Assembly: GCF_036321535.1 (NCBI RefSeq)
Contig: NC_087436.1
Coordinates: forward strand, 57,352,001-57,416,000
Direction: 5' to 3'
DNA length: 64,000 nt
Source of the DNA: Camelus dromedarius
Lineage: Eukaryota
Shown: piece after piece, positions 23,291-35,520 of the stretch
Position numbering within the stretch: the first letter of the stretch is position 1
How the letters are laid out: each line of letters begins with the position of its first letter
Program-made: the position numbers and the translations under genes
Notes under the pieces: generated by a model
The model's database searches: none
What the model saw: only the letters and a program-made list of their open reading frames with translations
Told to the model about the DNA's origin: nothing

Positions 23291-26200
23291 CACCTATGAG
23301 CAGCTACAACCTGAGGGCTACCAGTCTGATGACACAATGGGGAAGGCGCTTAGTAAGTGAGCACCTAACTTGTTGAAAAGTCAGGTGGTTTAGAAAGAAT
23401 ACATTAGAAACCAGCATCCATAGGATCACCACTTCCAGGGGCTCCCCTAGGGGCTGCTGCTTGTTGGCTTGAATCTTGTGGGTTGCTTTGGCATATTAGA
23501 TCATCTGAGTCAGCCTGGGCAACTAGGAGCTTCCTGGGTGGTCAAAGAACAGAGATGAGGGAATTCTCGTGGCCACCATGACACTGCTGTAGCATCGTCA
23601 TACTGTTTAATTGTCTGACTTCCCCACTGGAACGTAAACATCTTAGGAGCAAGCACTGTGACATATTCATCATTGTATTCTTGGAACTTATTCTAGTTCC
23701 GGGCACATAACAGGTCCTTGATAAAAATGGGTTGAATTCATGGGGGACTAGGGTGTTTCATGGGATGCTTCCATATTGTACTTGTAAGAGATGGATTGGC
23801 ATGGAAGAGGTATTACAGATGAATGTGGAACTGGATATAGGGAAAGCTCAGTTATTTTGAGGGTGGGTAGTGTACACAGGCACTGCTATTCCAGGGTGTA
23901 ATCTCGTGATCCAAGTGATCTTTGTCTATGATGACAAATTTACTAGATGTGGATTCAAACTGGTAGCGCTACGTTGGTCAAGAATCCATGCAGAATGTAG
24001 GGTTTTGATGGCCACTTGGGATAAAGGCAAGTCTCTTGTCATGGTGGATCATTTTGGTAAATATGCAGATAACATTGTTTTAGTAATATGGAGGGAGCTC
24101 TGTGATCAAATTCTCCAAAGATGGTTAATCACAATCACCAGTGGCCCAATAAAGGTGGGGAGAGGCCTCTGTCTTTTTCTGGTTCAATTCTGCCAAGGCA
24201 CACTCTCCTTGGTCCTCCACGTCTTCTTGGCACTTGGCCATCAGAAGTCCCAAGACCCACAGTTGAGACTGTGTTGAACCTTGAACAGGTGGAAGCTGGA
24301 GGACCAAGCTGCCGTGGTTCAGGCTTGGACCTCAGCGTGAGTGCTCCTGACAAGGACACACAGGGAGGAAGTCCACTGCATGGAAGCATCCCTCCAAGAC
24401 CCCGGGAGGATCCACGACCTGTGGCTGAAAGCAGCAGTCCCATTGCTGCCTTCTACGAGTGGACTACAGCAAAGATTTTTGGGTGTCACAGCCTGGTGAG
24501 TTCAACTGTCTTGAACTGACTAAGAATTCTTAACTTAGGATATGATACATCAGCTCACCAGTTTTGGGCACTCAGGATCGAGTGGCTCCTGAAACCAATA
24601 GGTGGGAAAGAGATCAGTGGCTCTGGTGTTGCTGGAGGCTATGGGTCATCCAGAGGTCCTCCCAGTTGTGATGACTGGTGCAGGCCATGACTGGATGCCT
24701 GGCTTCTCCAGGTACTGGGGCCAAATTTCAAACATGGCCTTAATGGCCAAGTGTTCCTTCTTTCAGATGTCATAGTTTCATTCTGCAGGGACGAAGCCTG
24801 TGGGAAAATAAAGCATAAGGTCTCATCAAGGTGGATTTCAGATAAAGTTTGACTTTCTACTGTCCTGCCACTACTTGTAAGACATTGACTCCATTTTAAA
24901 GGTCCATTGGTAACAAAATGGAGCATGATGACAGCCATTGCAAACTTCCCGTGTAGGGCATCATAGCTTTTCTGGACCTCAGGCAGCCATAAGAAAGCAG
25001 AGTATATTGCCTGCTGGTTCAGTAGAATCTGTTTTAGGAAGGGCCTGGGAGTCCAGCCAGATCTGGATGAGGGCACATCAGTAGTTACACTAGATAAGGC
25101 CTTGGGTATCTTCACCAGAAAATAAACTCACTGTCACCCTCAAGTGGAGAGTCAGCAGAGTCAGACTGGTCTTGCTACACTGTCACATGCAATACCCTGG
25201 AGCCTGTCTGCTCAGGTATTGAGTCTCTGACCTTGACTTTTAATTGTTAGTTTCACAACATGCATAAGCTTTAAAACACTAATAATTAATGACAAATAGA
25301 GAAATCCTATTAAAGTTGTAACCTTTAATTAAATTGGTATTGTTAAATGCATTTTAACCTACCCTTGTAAGTATGTGCTTGTAAATAAGGAACTTCCTTC
25401 TCTCTCAAAACCCAAGGGGTAGATGTCACAATTTAGCCATTAAATAACATAATCTTAAAAATCTAGATCAACAGCAGGAGACCTAGGCACAGATTGTGAA
25501 GCTTAACTTTGGCCAGCATTAAGGATCAGTGTGATCCTTCACTCTATGTCCCGACTTTTTGGTTTATCAAAATCTTTGCTAATGTTATAGAATTTAGAGA
25601 AGCCCAAGTGTTTCTAAAAGCTGTTAGTGGATTGATAACACTTACAAGTTAATTGAATTAAATGACCAGTTATTTCAGCAATGCAAATGGGCAAATGGAA
25701 ATCAGCTCCAAACACTTTAGAAGACATTTCCCAAAGTGAACTCTGTGAACACTAATTCCATGAAATGGGTTTTGTCATTAAGCAGATTTGGGAACACTGC
25801 ATAATATCTACCTCTTTTGAAGACTTAAATTATACAAATTTTACAGTCTGTAGAAAGTCTTGTAGTAAATAATCTTATTCAATGATGTTTAACTCAGTAT
25901 GTCCCCAACATTGCTACATGGAGCTAAGTATTTGAGAATTTTTATCAGCATTTTGTAGAACTGGTGCTGCACAGAACACATTTTAGTGAAAATGTAAAAC
26001 AGAATACTCATTTTTAAAAGACACATTTTCCCCATCAAAAGGAAATTAATTAGTCACTTACTAATTATTTGTTACTACAGTTGTCTTAGAATGAAGTTGG
26101 GTTCTTTGGAAAACAGGAAATGTACGTGCATCAAACACGAATTCTGCCCTTAATAGGCTCAGAATTTGGTTAGGGAGATGAGTCTGTGACACACAAAACA

Positions 26201-26301
26201 GTATCAAACACTTGGAGATGCCATACAACCAAGTGCTAAGTTGAATGATGCAGGCTAGTAGATAGAACACTTCCAGGGAGGAAGCTCAAGTATCGCAATA
26301 A

Positions 26302-26338
26302 TGGAGGAAGAAATCGTGGAGGAAGAAATCGTGGAGGA
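26302..26338 (+). repeat. 15-bp tandem duplication (TGGAGGAAGAAATCG x2.5)
   Basis: Read directly from the sequence. Confidence 0.9.
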
Positions 26339-27159
26339 GGTGAGACCGGTTTTGGGGGATAGCTAGCATTTTGACAGGTTGAGGGCAATTTTACTTGAAG
26401 GCAAGAATACATAAACTTGCAGGGCCCTATGGCTCCTAGAAGCATGAAGTAGTGCGGCAAATGATACTTTGTTACACTGTAATCATTTAATTCTAATATA
26501 TCTTGAGGCTTTCCCACCCAAGGACGGAATGCTATATAGCAGTTTAGGTGTTTTTTTTTCCTAATTCTTCTATACTTTAGAGTTCTTACCTGGTATATTA
26601 TAATGAGTTGCTTAATTGTTTGTTGTCTTTGATAATCTAATTGATGGCAGGGAGAATATTTTATTTATATTCCTGTCCTTGGAAACTAATATCTTTTTAT
26701 CCTTAGCATTGGATCCATGGTAGGCTCCCCATAAAATCTTTTTTGAATATGTGAGGGAATCAATGAAAACATTAGATGGCAGAAAATTGTCTACACAGAA
26801 CTAAATGTTGCATCAGGGAATAATGAGCAGAATTGGAATGTGTAGTGGGCTCTTGAAAACCAGGCAGAGGATTAGGAAAGAGGAAATCAACAAAGATTTT
26901 TAACAGAAGTGGGCAGAAAACATTATTTATGATAAATCAAGTTGTCAGCAATATACAGGTTGGATTGAAGTAAAACTGGACCAGGGGATCCATTGAAATG
27001 ATTGTTAAAGCAGTCTAGTTACAAGGAGGTAAGGGTCTAGAACAAAAGCTCTAAAAATGTAAGGGGAAAAGGCACAAATGCCAAGAGGGTAGGTCTCTGA
27101 AGCTGGCTGACCAGAAGGAGCAAGAAGTATAAGTGAAAGGTTATTTTTTAAGTCTAACA

Positions 27160-27390
27160 ATAGCCAACATTTATTGGATGATTATTATAGGTTCTACCAG
27201 GCACGTTAGTTTAGTCTCTACTTCAATCTCATTTATTACCTACAGCAATTCTACGAGATGGAAACTATTACCATCTCCGTTCTACCAAGAAGGAAATAGA
27301 TCAGACAGGTTTAGGCATTTGTTCAAAGTCACACTGTTAGTAAGGAGCAGAGTCAGGACCAGAACGAGGTCCGTCCTGCCGCAGAGATTA
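27160..27390 (-). mobile_element. MIR SINE
   Basis: AATAGCCAACATTTATTG...AATCTCATTTA...TTGTTCAAAGTCACACTGTTAGTAAGGAGCAGAGTCAGGA is the reverse of MIR. It explains part of the spurious 170-aa ORF. Confidence 0.7.
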
Positions 27391-30300
27391 TGTTCTCAGC
27401 CCCAGTCACCTCTGGAGACGAGATGGATGTTTGTTCTTTTGACAGATAGAAACATTAGAAGAAAAGAGATGGGACTGGGATATCTGAATTTTAAGATGAT
27501 GGTGAAATATATCATTGGAAAAGATCTACATGTTTCCAACAGCTTGGATCTTGATTTAATAAATGGGCAGTTTTCCAAATGGTCTATTAGTGTATTGTTT
27601 GAAACATGGCCCCATCAGTCATGTGAAGAGGACTTCCCTCTGTGAGGACAGGACACCTCGCCAGGAAATGCCTAGTGGGGACACACCTGAAATGTGACCT
27701 GAAGGTGAGTCGCTGCTGCTAAGGATGCCTTCATGCCCAGGGGCATCGTGGTGCACAAGCTTGCCCTTCAGGCTTATAAAGGCTGCAGTCAGAGTGAGTT
27801 ATTTGACCTGCAGTATTCTGAGGGCCACACCGAGGCTGTGATGTGCTTTTCTTCCTGTTCACATAGACCACCTCAGTGAGGCTTTAGGGACTGTTTGCCC
27901 GGAAACATCACACCCAACCCCTGGGGACTGGATGCAACGTGGTAGGTTAGTGTTTTATGTTGCCTTCATTTTTAATCTTTAGGAAAGTCTTCTGTCTGCT
28001 TTTTCCATTGTTGTGTTTACACTCTGTGGTGGTTTAAATGCTAATCACAAACAAGTTATGCAAAAAGGAAAAAAATCAACCACAGAAAAATCAAATAGTA
28101 ACTTTGACTGATATATTTGAGAAAGGGCTGATTTTAAAGAGAAAAAACTTGGATCAGGATGATCATAATTCAGAATTGTAACACATGTTTGATTTTTCTT
28201 TGTCACTTCTGTTTTTCTCTCTCTTGCTTGAGCTCTCTCTCAGGTCCGTCTGTCTGGACAATTCATTGCAGAAACAAAAGGGGAATCATATGCTCTTATT
28301 TTAATATTACTGGTGTGTCTGAGTAGCCCACGATTGCCTCAAACTCTAAACTGTTTGAAATTTCAAATGGTTTTATTTGCTTAAGAAAATGAAGAAAACT
28401 GAAACAGAGGAGAGATCTATGAATGAATTTAAATGATCACTGTAATCATGGCTGCATATTCCGCCACATGTAAACAGGGCACAGGAATTCTACCTTTTCG
28501 TCTCAGACTGCCGGTTACTGAGATGTTTGTTCAAGCGAGGCTGTTGGAGACGTGCTTGGCATAGTCCACTAAGAAAACCTGACACACCCACCTCCATGTG
28601 CTTATGACCTTTTGCAAATATCTTTTTTTTAAGTTTAGTTTTTATGTTGAATATCAACAAACAAAAGCAACACATGATAATTATTATATTAGAAAGACAG
28701 TGTACAAGCAATTTAGAGACACTAAAGTCACACAGACACAGTAAAGCAGAAATTAGAAAAGGCTCAAGTGAACACAAAATAAATCACATCATGTTGGTAG
28801 ACACACACAACTATTCAACTGGTCTGTGTTAGAAAACCAGTATCAGCACATTAGGTTACAGCTTCTTATGCATAGGGAACAGTCTGGAACCTACTTTTTC
28901 TAATAGTCATTCTTGATGACCAAAACTTGTACTGAATATCTAAATGTGCCCCATATAGAATGTTTCTAAATCTTGCTGGTAAGAAGTCTTTTTGATAGCA
29001 CAGTCTCTCTCTCCCTCTCCCCCCACCTCTTTTTTTTTTTTTGTGCAAGGTAATCTCTTCCCATTTGCTGTTAATTTACTTACCATTGAAATACCAAAAT
29101 TTAAAGATCATTTCATCCCAGGACTAAGTTAAGTTAGATCTGACATTACACTTTCTATCTATAGAAAATTTGTGCATTCAAGATCATAATTCCAGTGGGA
29201 CAGTAAAATTTGTCAGAAGAATTTATCAATTGGAAATACTTCTAAAGAACACTGAGAATTAGAATTAGGGGGCATTAGTTTCAAAGATGGAATTAGCATA
29301 GACTCAGGAACTATTTCCCTTATTCCTTCGGTTTTTTGGACATTTACATTTTAATTGCTTTTTTAAAAAAATTTACCCTACAGAATCTATCTTGTTGCAG
29401 AGATTTAAACAAGTGTTTTGCCCCTGAAATATTAAACATGTACAAAATATTCTGAGTAGAAACAGAAAATCTCACATGCTTTATGACAACAAGGACAGAA
29501 GGTAGGATATAAATACTGCGGCAAAGATGTTAAAGCAACACACATTTAGAAGATATCGATATAAACATTTTAGATTAGTTAAGTGAAAACTGTGCTAAAG
29601 GTATTTTCCTTGGGACTTTGGTAATTTGTGTTTGAACGTGTTTTCTTTTTAATTCTTGTAAGGTAACAGTGATACCTCATGAAATCTGTTCCTTTTTATG
29701 TACAATATACATCACACACACGCGCGCGTGCACACACACACACACACAGAGTCAAAGTCAATGGCAGTGGGTGGTTTATGTCAGGGCTGGTTTTGACGCC
29801 GCTCTCCCAGGATAAGATAAATGTAAGTGATGAGGAGCTCCTGGGGTTGGTTGAACTCATTTTGTATTCAACACTCTGCCTGGCCCCTTTCTCATCTCTT
29901 TCTCCCTCTCTTTGTATGTTCAAGCCTACTTGAGTTTCTTTTTTCTTTTGTAGAACTTGGTTCTTTTGATGTGTGTTTCAGGGCACGCCCTGTGGCAAAG
30001 AAAACTTCCCAGGAATCGGAAACATCAGCACACGGATCTGAAACAGCCCCTGTACGACAGCCAGAAAGATTCAGGCCAGGAGCTCAGTTTTCTTTTTCCA
30101 AAAAAGCATCAAAATACACAAGAGAAGGGCAAACACGCAATATAAGCCATGTATATAATTTTAAAGGGATCCATACAATGAAATTTAATTGCGACGTAGG
30201 CATTTGGTGAGATTTTTACCCTGGATGGAGCCCACAAGAGTAATTTAACCTGAGCTATGTCTACCAACATTTGCATATTTGCTAGTTTAACTAAATCCCC

Positions 30301-31722
30301 CTGCAGTTCTAAATTAGTTTCTGTTGCACGGCCCTTATGGCATCAGCGTATCTGAGATCTTCGGTGGCGCGTGGTCCTGATACAAAATGACGTGATACAG
30401 CGCAATGCTGTAACTCTGTTTACTTGTTTATGAGGTTGGAAGAAATCGTTGAGTGTTGTAAAAACTGCTGTTAGAAGGCACTATCTCTATTAGTCAGAGG
30501 AAGTTTAGAGAGAAGGAGTTAATTATTTTACATCCCATATCAGTATTTCTATTTTCACAAATTAAAAAAACTTAATAAAAGTGTTATGTTTTATTTAAAA
30601 TATCTCTGTTTACTCACATATTATACTTTAAGTGGCAAATCTTTGAGGACTATGTCACTGAATTAGAACTTGGAACTGAAAATAAAAAAAAAAAACAGAA
30701 AATAAGGAAAAACAGTTTAGTTTATGTTTACATATACACAAACTTATCACCTTGAGATGTTCAAATAATAGTTAAACTCAATTTTTACCCAAATCTCTAA
30801 AAGAAGCCTTTTACTTATAAAGCCAAAACAGTTAGAAAAGCAAACTTAACTATAAATTTGGTAATTACTGGGTTTGCTTTCTTGATTTAGAAAACCAATC
30901 TCTGTTAGTTAGATATATTGTTTACTTCTGTATAAATGAGTTCATTCTCATGTGTGTATATTGCTAGACCTATTGAAAAATAGTTCCTAACTGAATAATA
31001 AATTAAAAATGTTTCTAAATGAATAATAGATGTAGGAACAACTTGACCAGCAAACAGCTGATATTTTCAACTAAATTAGATTCATTTAAGTAAACGTATT
31101 AAGTACTATTTATGTGTTTGTGCTAATGACGTTACTTATTAACTCCTAGGAAAATAATTTGTGATATCACTGAATTCATTCAGCATTTTCCAACATATTT
31201 CATGGTTAGATAACAAAATCAACCAGCTCATTGCCACAATTGCTTTTAACTTTGGTCTCTATGCTCACAGCTTAAAAGAAAGAGGAAAAATGATTTCTGC
31301 AATGACTCAATTATTCAAATATTAATAAAAGGCAAAATTTTAACAGTAATATAAGAGGATAATTTTAACAAAGTGAGAATAACAATAAGATAACTTTTAT
31401 AACTACCTTGTCTCTTGAGTTTTCCCCCATGTATCTGGGTTACTATTTATGAATATTTATGCAAAAATCTATAAATAACATAAAAATATCTTTGATAATA
31501 GGAAAGACTGGGGAGTGACGATACTTGCTTAAATGCTACCAGGAAAGTTTAATGCGGCCATTTTATTTAAACAAAAACCAAATCCTTAATATAACACAAA
31601 TACACAGAGGAGAGTAACAAAGTAGTTTTATCTTTCTGATCAACATACACTAATCCTATTTCTTTCCTCAGTGTTAGATAATATTTCTAGAAACTGGATG
31701 CTTCCAAATTATTGGATCCTAA

Positions 31723-31972
31723 TTTTTTTTTTTAATTGAGGTATAGTCAGTTTACAGTGTTGTGTCAATTTCTGGTGTACAGCACAATGCTTCGGTCATA
31801 AATGGATATACATATATTCATTTCCATATTCTTTTTCACTGTAAGCTACTATAAGATATTGAATATTTTCCCCTGTGCTATACAGTATAAACCTGTTTAT
31901 CTGTTTTATATATACCAGTCAGTATCTGCAAAGCTCGAACTCCCAGTTTATCCCTTCCCACCCACCTCCCCC
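31723..31972 (-). mobile_element. Relatively young 5'-truncated L1 (250 bp of 3' end)
   Basis: Poly-T at 31723 followed by AATTGAGGTATAGTCAGTTTACAGTGTTGTGTCAATTTCTGGTGTACAGCA (laurasiatherian L1 3' UTR). 10-bp TSD TGGATCCTAA at 31713-31722 and 31973-31982. Confidence 0.85.
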
Positions 31973-34765
31973 TGGATCCTAAATTCGGTAAGATTCACAG
32001 ATGCATCTCAGACGTTGTAACACTTTTCAGCTTCCCGGCAGTGGCTGCACACAGAGTGTCAGACAGTGTTCTCATCCTGTTTATAAAGGTCAGGGAAGCC
32101 ATAGGGTTTGAAGGAGCAACACACAGGGCCTCCCTGTGTACCCGGGCTCGCTGCTGTGACACCACATCGCACCGACTGTCAGAGCATATATTTTAGTGGT
32201 GCTAGAAATCTTATTTTTCCATAGTTACAGTTGTTCTCTGCTTCTTCCTTCTTTTCTACAGAGATGCTTTCTTTGACCTGTACAATGACCTTGAAGTTTG
32301 GCATGCCAGGTTGTCTGACTAACCTGTACTCTTTGCATGAACCCCAAACCAGAAAATGCAAGTGCTTTTATTTTTAAAAATATGCAAAATCTAAGAGAAA
32401 TTTAGCCTTTTCAGACTGACGAGTTCTAGACTTAGCAATGTTTCCATTTATTTGTTGACTAAAATAAGATTTCCTTAGTGCCTCTCTGAAAATTATTACA
32501 GTCATGTTTACAGAAACCACTTGGGACAACAGATACCTATGAAATTTGTCAAATATTTTCTTCTTAAACAAAATCAAAACATAGTAACTGATTAGAAATT
32601 AGTTGACTGAATTTGGTCCAATTTTAAAATAAATTTTTAATTACATACAGAGTAAAAGTATGCTTGAGACACCATCTCTACCCAGGTCATAATGAGTGGT
32701 TATTTTATTGATTAAGTTTACCAGATAACCTTATAGTCTGTATTTTACTACTAGAATTGTGAAATGATTCCATTAAAAAATTAGTTATTAGCTAGCTTCC
32801 AACAATTTTATTTATTTTAAAAGAAAATAGTTACTTGACTCAATTGAATATTTTCTGTTCTTTGGTTTCTGTCCCCCTCCCTCCCCCCAGTACGTCTCTG
32901 CGAATGTCATGTAAATATTTTTCTGAAAGAACAATGGGTTGACATTCTGTGCAGTTTCCCCTTGAGCTCATGATCAGTTTTTTAGGGACTTCAGGGCTCA
33001 ACTGTTCCAAACCCCTCATTTTACAAAGGAAGCAGTCTTGGAGAATTTACTTGACTTTTATCAGTCAGATCTAGTACCATAGTAAGTTCTCAGTGAACAC
33101 GTATTGACTGAAGGAATCGATGTAGAGTCACTTATATACAATACCGAAGCACTTAAGACACTGCATTGCAATGACTTATTTAGAACAATATACTCCCACA
33201 AATGCTGTCTCATAGGCATGACACCACCATGAGTCAGAAATCTGAATAGATTCCATTGACTGTAGAAACTATTTAACAGGTGAGATAACTGAGTTTGAGG
33301 ATCATCAGACAGTTTGCCCAACATCTGACAGATAATCAATGGAAGAGCTGAGATGTGAATTCCTACTTCTGCTTCTCTCTGTCTCTCTCCCTTTTCTCTA
33401 CTCTTGGATAAAATGCAGGAACTGGTGTTATTCATCTTTGTAAGCTCACAATTCTTGGGTAGTAAAGAGCACTTGATGAATGATTGCCGCAGGAGGAAAC
33501 CCAGGGTCCAGCTTCCTTCATCTACACCGCCATCCATTCAGCCGGCAGGAGGTGGGACTGGAGAAGGTAGAGGAAGCCTGAATTCTCTAAGGTATAGAAA
33601 TGCTTCAAACCATTTAAACTAGCAAAACTTACTCTATGTTGTTGGTAACTTATGTAAGGGCTGTTCTGCTTCTTGAATGTGGTTTAAGGAGGACAGAATT
33701 TGCTGCAGGTTTCTTGATGCACCCGATGCCTGAGTACACAACACCATGTGCACAGCATATGGTCTACACACTCACATGTGAGTTAAACTTGACCCAGGGA
33801 GTTCAACCAGTCAATACTGGGGCTCTCCTGCACCTCCCGACACGTGCCCTCCAACTGAGTTTGCACCATGGTCCTGGGGTCCTGGGTCCAGAATAACAGT
33901 CACGGAGTCTAGGAGGTTCCTCTACTCATGGATCCAGACTGGTTTTCTAAGGAGATGCTCATGTCCCAGGCAGGGGCCCTGAGGGCAGGGGCCCCGCCAA
34001 GTCCAAAGGCTTTGCCGTTTCTGCTCTTGGAAGCAGGAATATTTGGAGAGATTGGGGTCCTGCACCAGAGAGCCTCCTCCGAGCCCCTGTCACTGAGGGC
34101 TCCCTCTCCTCAACATCCCCCCTCTCCCCATTTTTGTATTTTTGGGAAACTCTTGTCCCCTTCCCTTCCTAATGCTCTCAAAGTAACTCCCTGGCATCTC
34201 TGTCTCTCCAGATCTCCCAATGCTATCTCTCTGAAAACCTTAAGTCTGTACCAAAGGCAGAAAAAGCACCTGCTTCACACTTTGCAAAGAAACACAAAGG
34301 GTCTGGCTCTGTGCTTGGAGTAAAGAAGGTGGGAAAAGTGTGGAAAGTAGGATATAGATTCGTATTTCAAAAATATCCTGCAGCAATACTTTTCAAAATA
34401 ATGCCGAAGTGCTGACACATCCCCACCAGGGTGAAATTATCATTGTTAGGTGGCAGGGGAGTGTCTTTGCGTCCTTCCGTGGGCAAATGGCCCCAGCATT
34501 TCCCGACATATAGCTACTGAGACATCTCTCTGGGGGTCGCGACGAAAGTCAGCCCGCAGCTCAGATACATCACAGGTGCTCTGTCTTGGAGGAACTGCAT
34601 TAGAGCTTCTAGAAAAGAAGTTTTATTTAAAACTCTGCCTTAGAAGTAGGAATTTCTTTGTTATAAAAACTTCAAAAAATTAGTATGTACTTGATACCTA
34701 AGTGGAATTATAACAGTATAATCATAATACATTGACTTTGAATAGCAACACAATACTCTTTTAAA

Positions 34766-34914
34766 TTTTATTTTTTACTTTTGTTTGTTTTTTGGTGTGG
34801 GGCGGGTAATTAGGTTTATTTATTTATTTTTTAAATGGAGGTACTGGGGATTGAACCCAGGACCTTGTGCATGCTGAGCACTCACTCTACCACTGTGCTG
34901 TACCCTCCCCACCC
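34766..34914 (-). mobile_element. tRNA-derived SINE (camelid Vic-1-like)
   Basis: Minus strand GGGGAGGGTACAGCACAGTGGTAGAGTGAGTGCTCAGCATGCACAAGGTCCTGGGTTCAATCCCCAGTACCTCC...AAATAAATAAACCTAATTACC with A and B boxes. Imperfect TSD CAATAC(T/C)CTTTT. Confidence 0.85.
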
Positions 34915-35090
34915 CAATACCCTTTTGAAGTGCATTCCCATGAAGGCTCATGTGCAGCCCTTCAAGTCTCAGATCAAAGATTACTGCCCCAGGGAGGCCT
35001 TTTCTGACCACTCTCTCTAAATAAATTCCTTCCTCCCCAATCTTTTACTTTAGTTCCTTCACAACCCTTTCTCCATCCATAATTAGCTCA

Positions 35091-35520
35091 TGTGGTAGCC
35101 GGAATTCCAAGATGGCCCTCCAAATTCCCACATGCCACTGTGTGAGTTCCAGGTAATCCTCTCACTTTGAGGGTAGGCTGGACCTGTGAGTGTGATGAGG
35201 TATTGCTCCTATGGTTACTAGTCAGTTAACTTAGAGTTAACCAAAAGTCAGATGACCTGGTTAGGCCTTCGAAAGGGTGGGGCCTGCCAGAAGTCAGAGG
35301 GATTTGAAGTCCGGGGAGGGGTGCCTATGGGAACGGCCAGGTGGGAAGGAACTGCAGCAGCAAGAACATCGGAGCCTCAGTCCCACAACCGCAAGGAACT
35401 GAGTCCTTCCAGCGAGTGAACTTGGAAAAGAACCCCTGGCTCCCAACAGCTTTAATTCAGCCTTGGGAGACCCTGAGCAGAGGACAAACTGGCACACACT
35501 CCTGCAGGCCTTCCCCCACC
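35091..35520. mobile_element. MaLR (MLT1E-like) LTR
   Basis: Starts TGTGGTAGCCGGAATTCCAAGATGGCCC and contains GGAGCCTCAGTCCCACAACCGCAAGGAACTGAGT and CAGCCTTGGGAGACCCTGAGCAGAGGAC. Confidence 0.75.
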
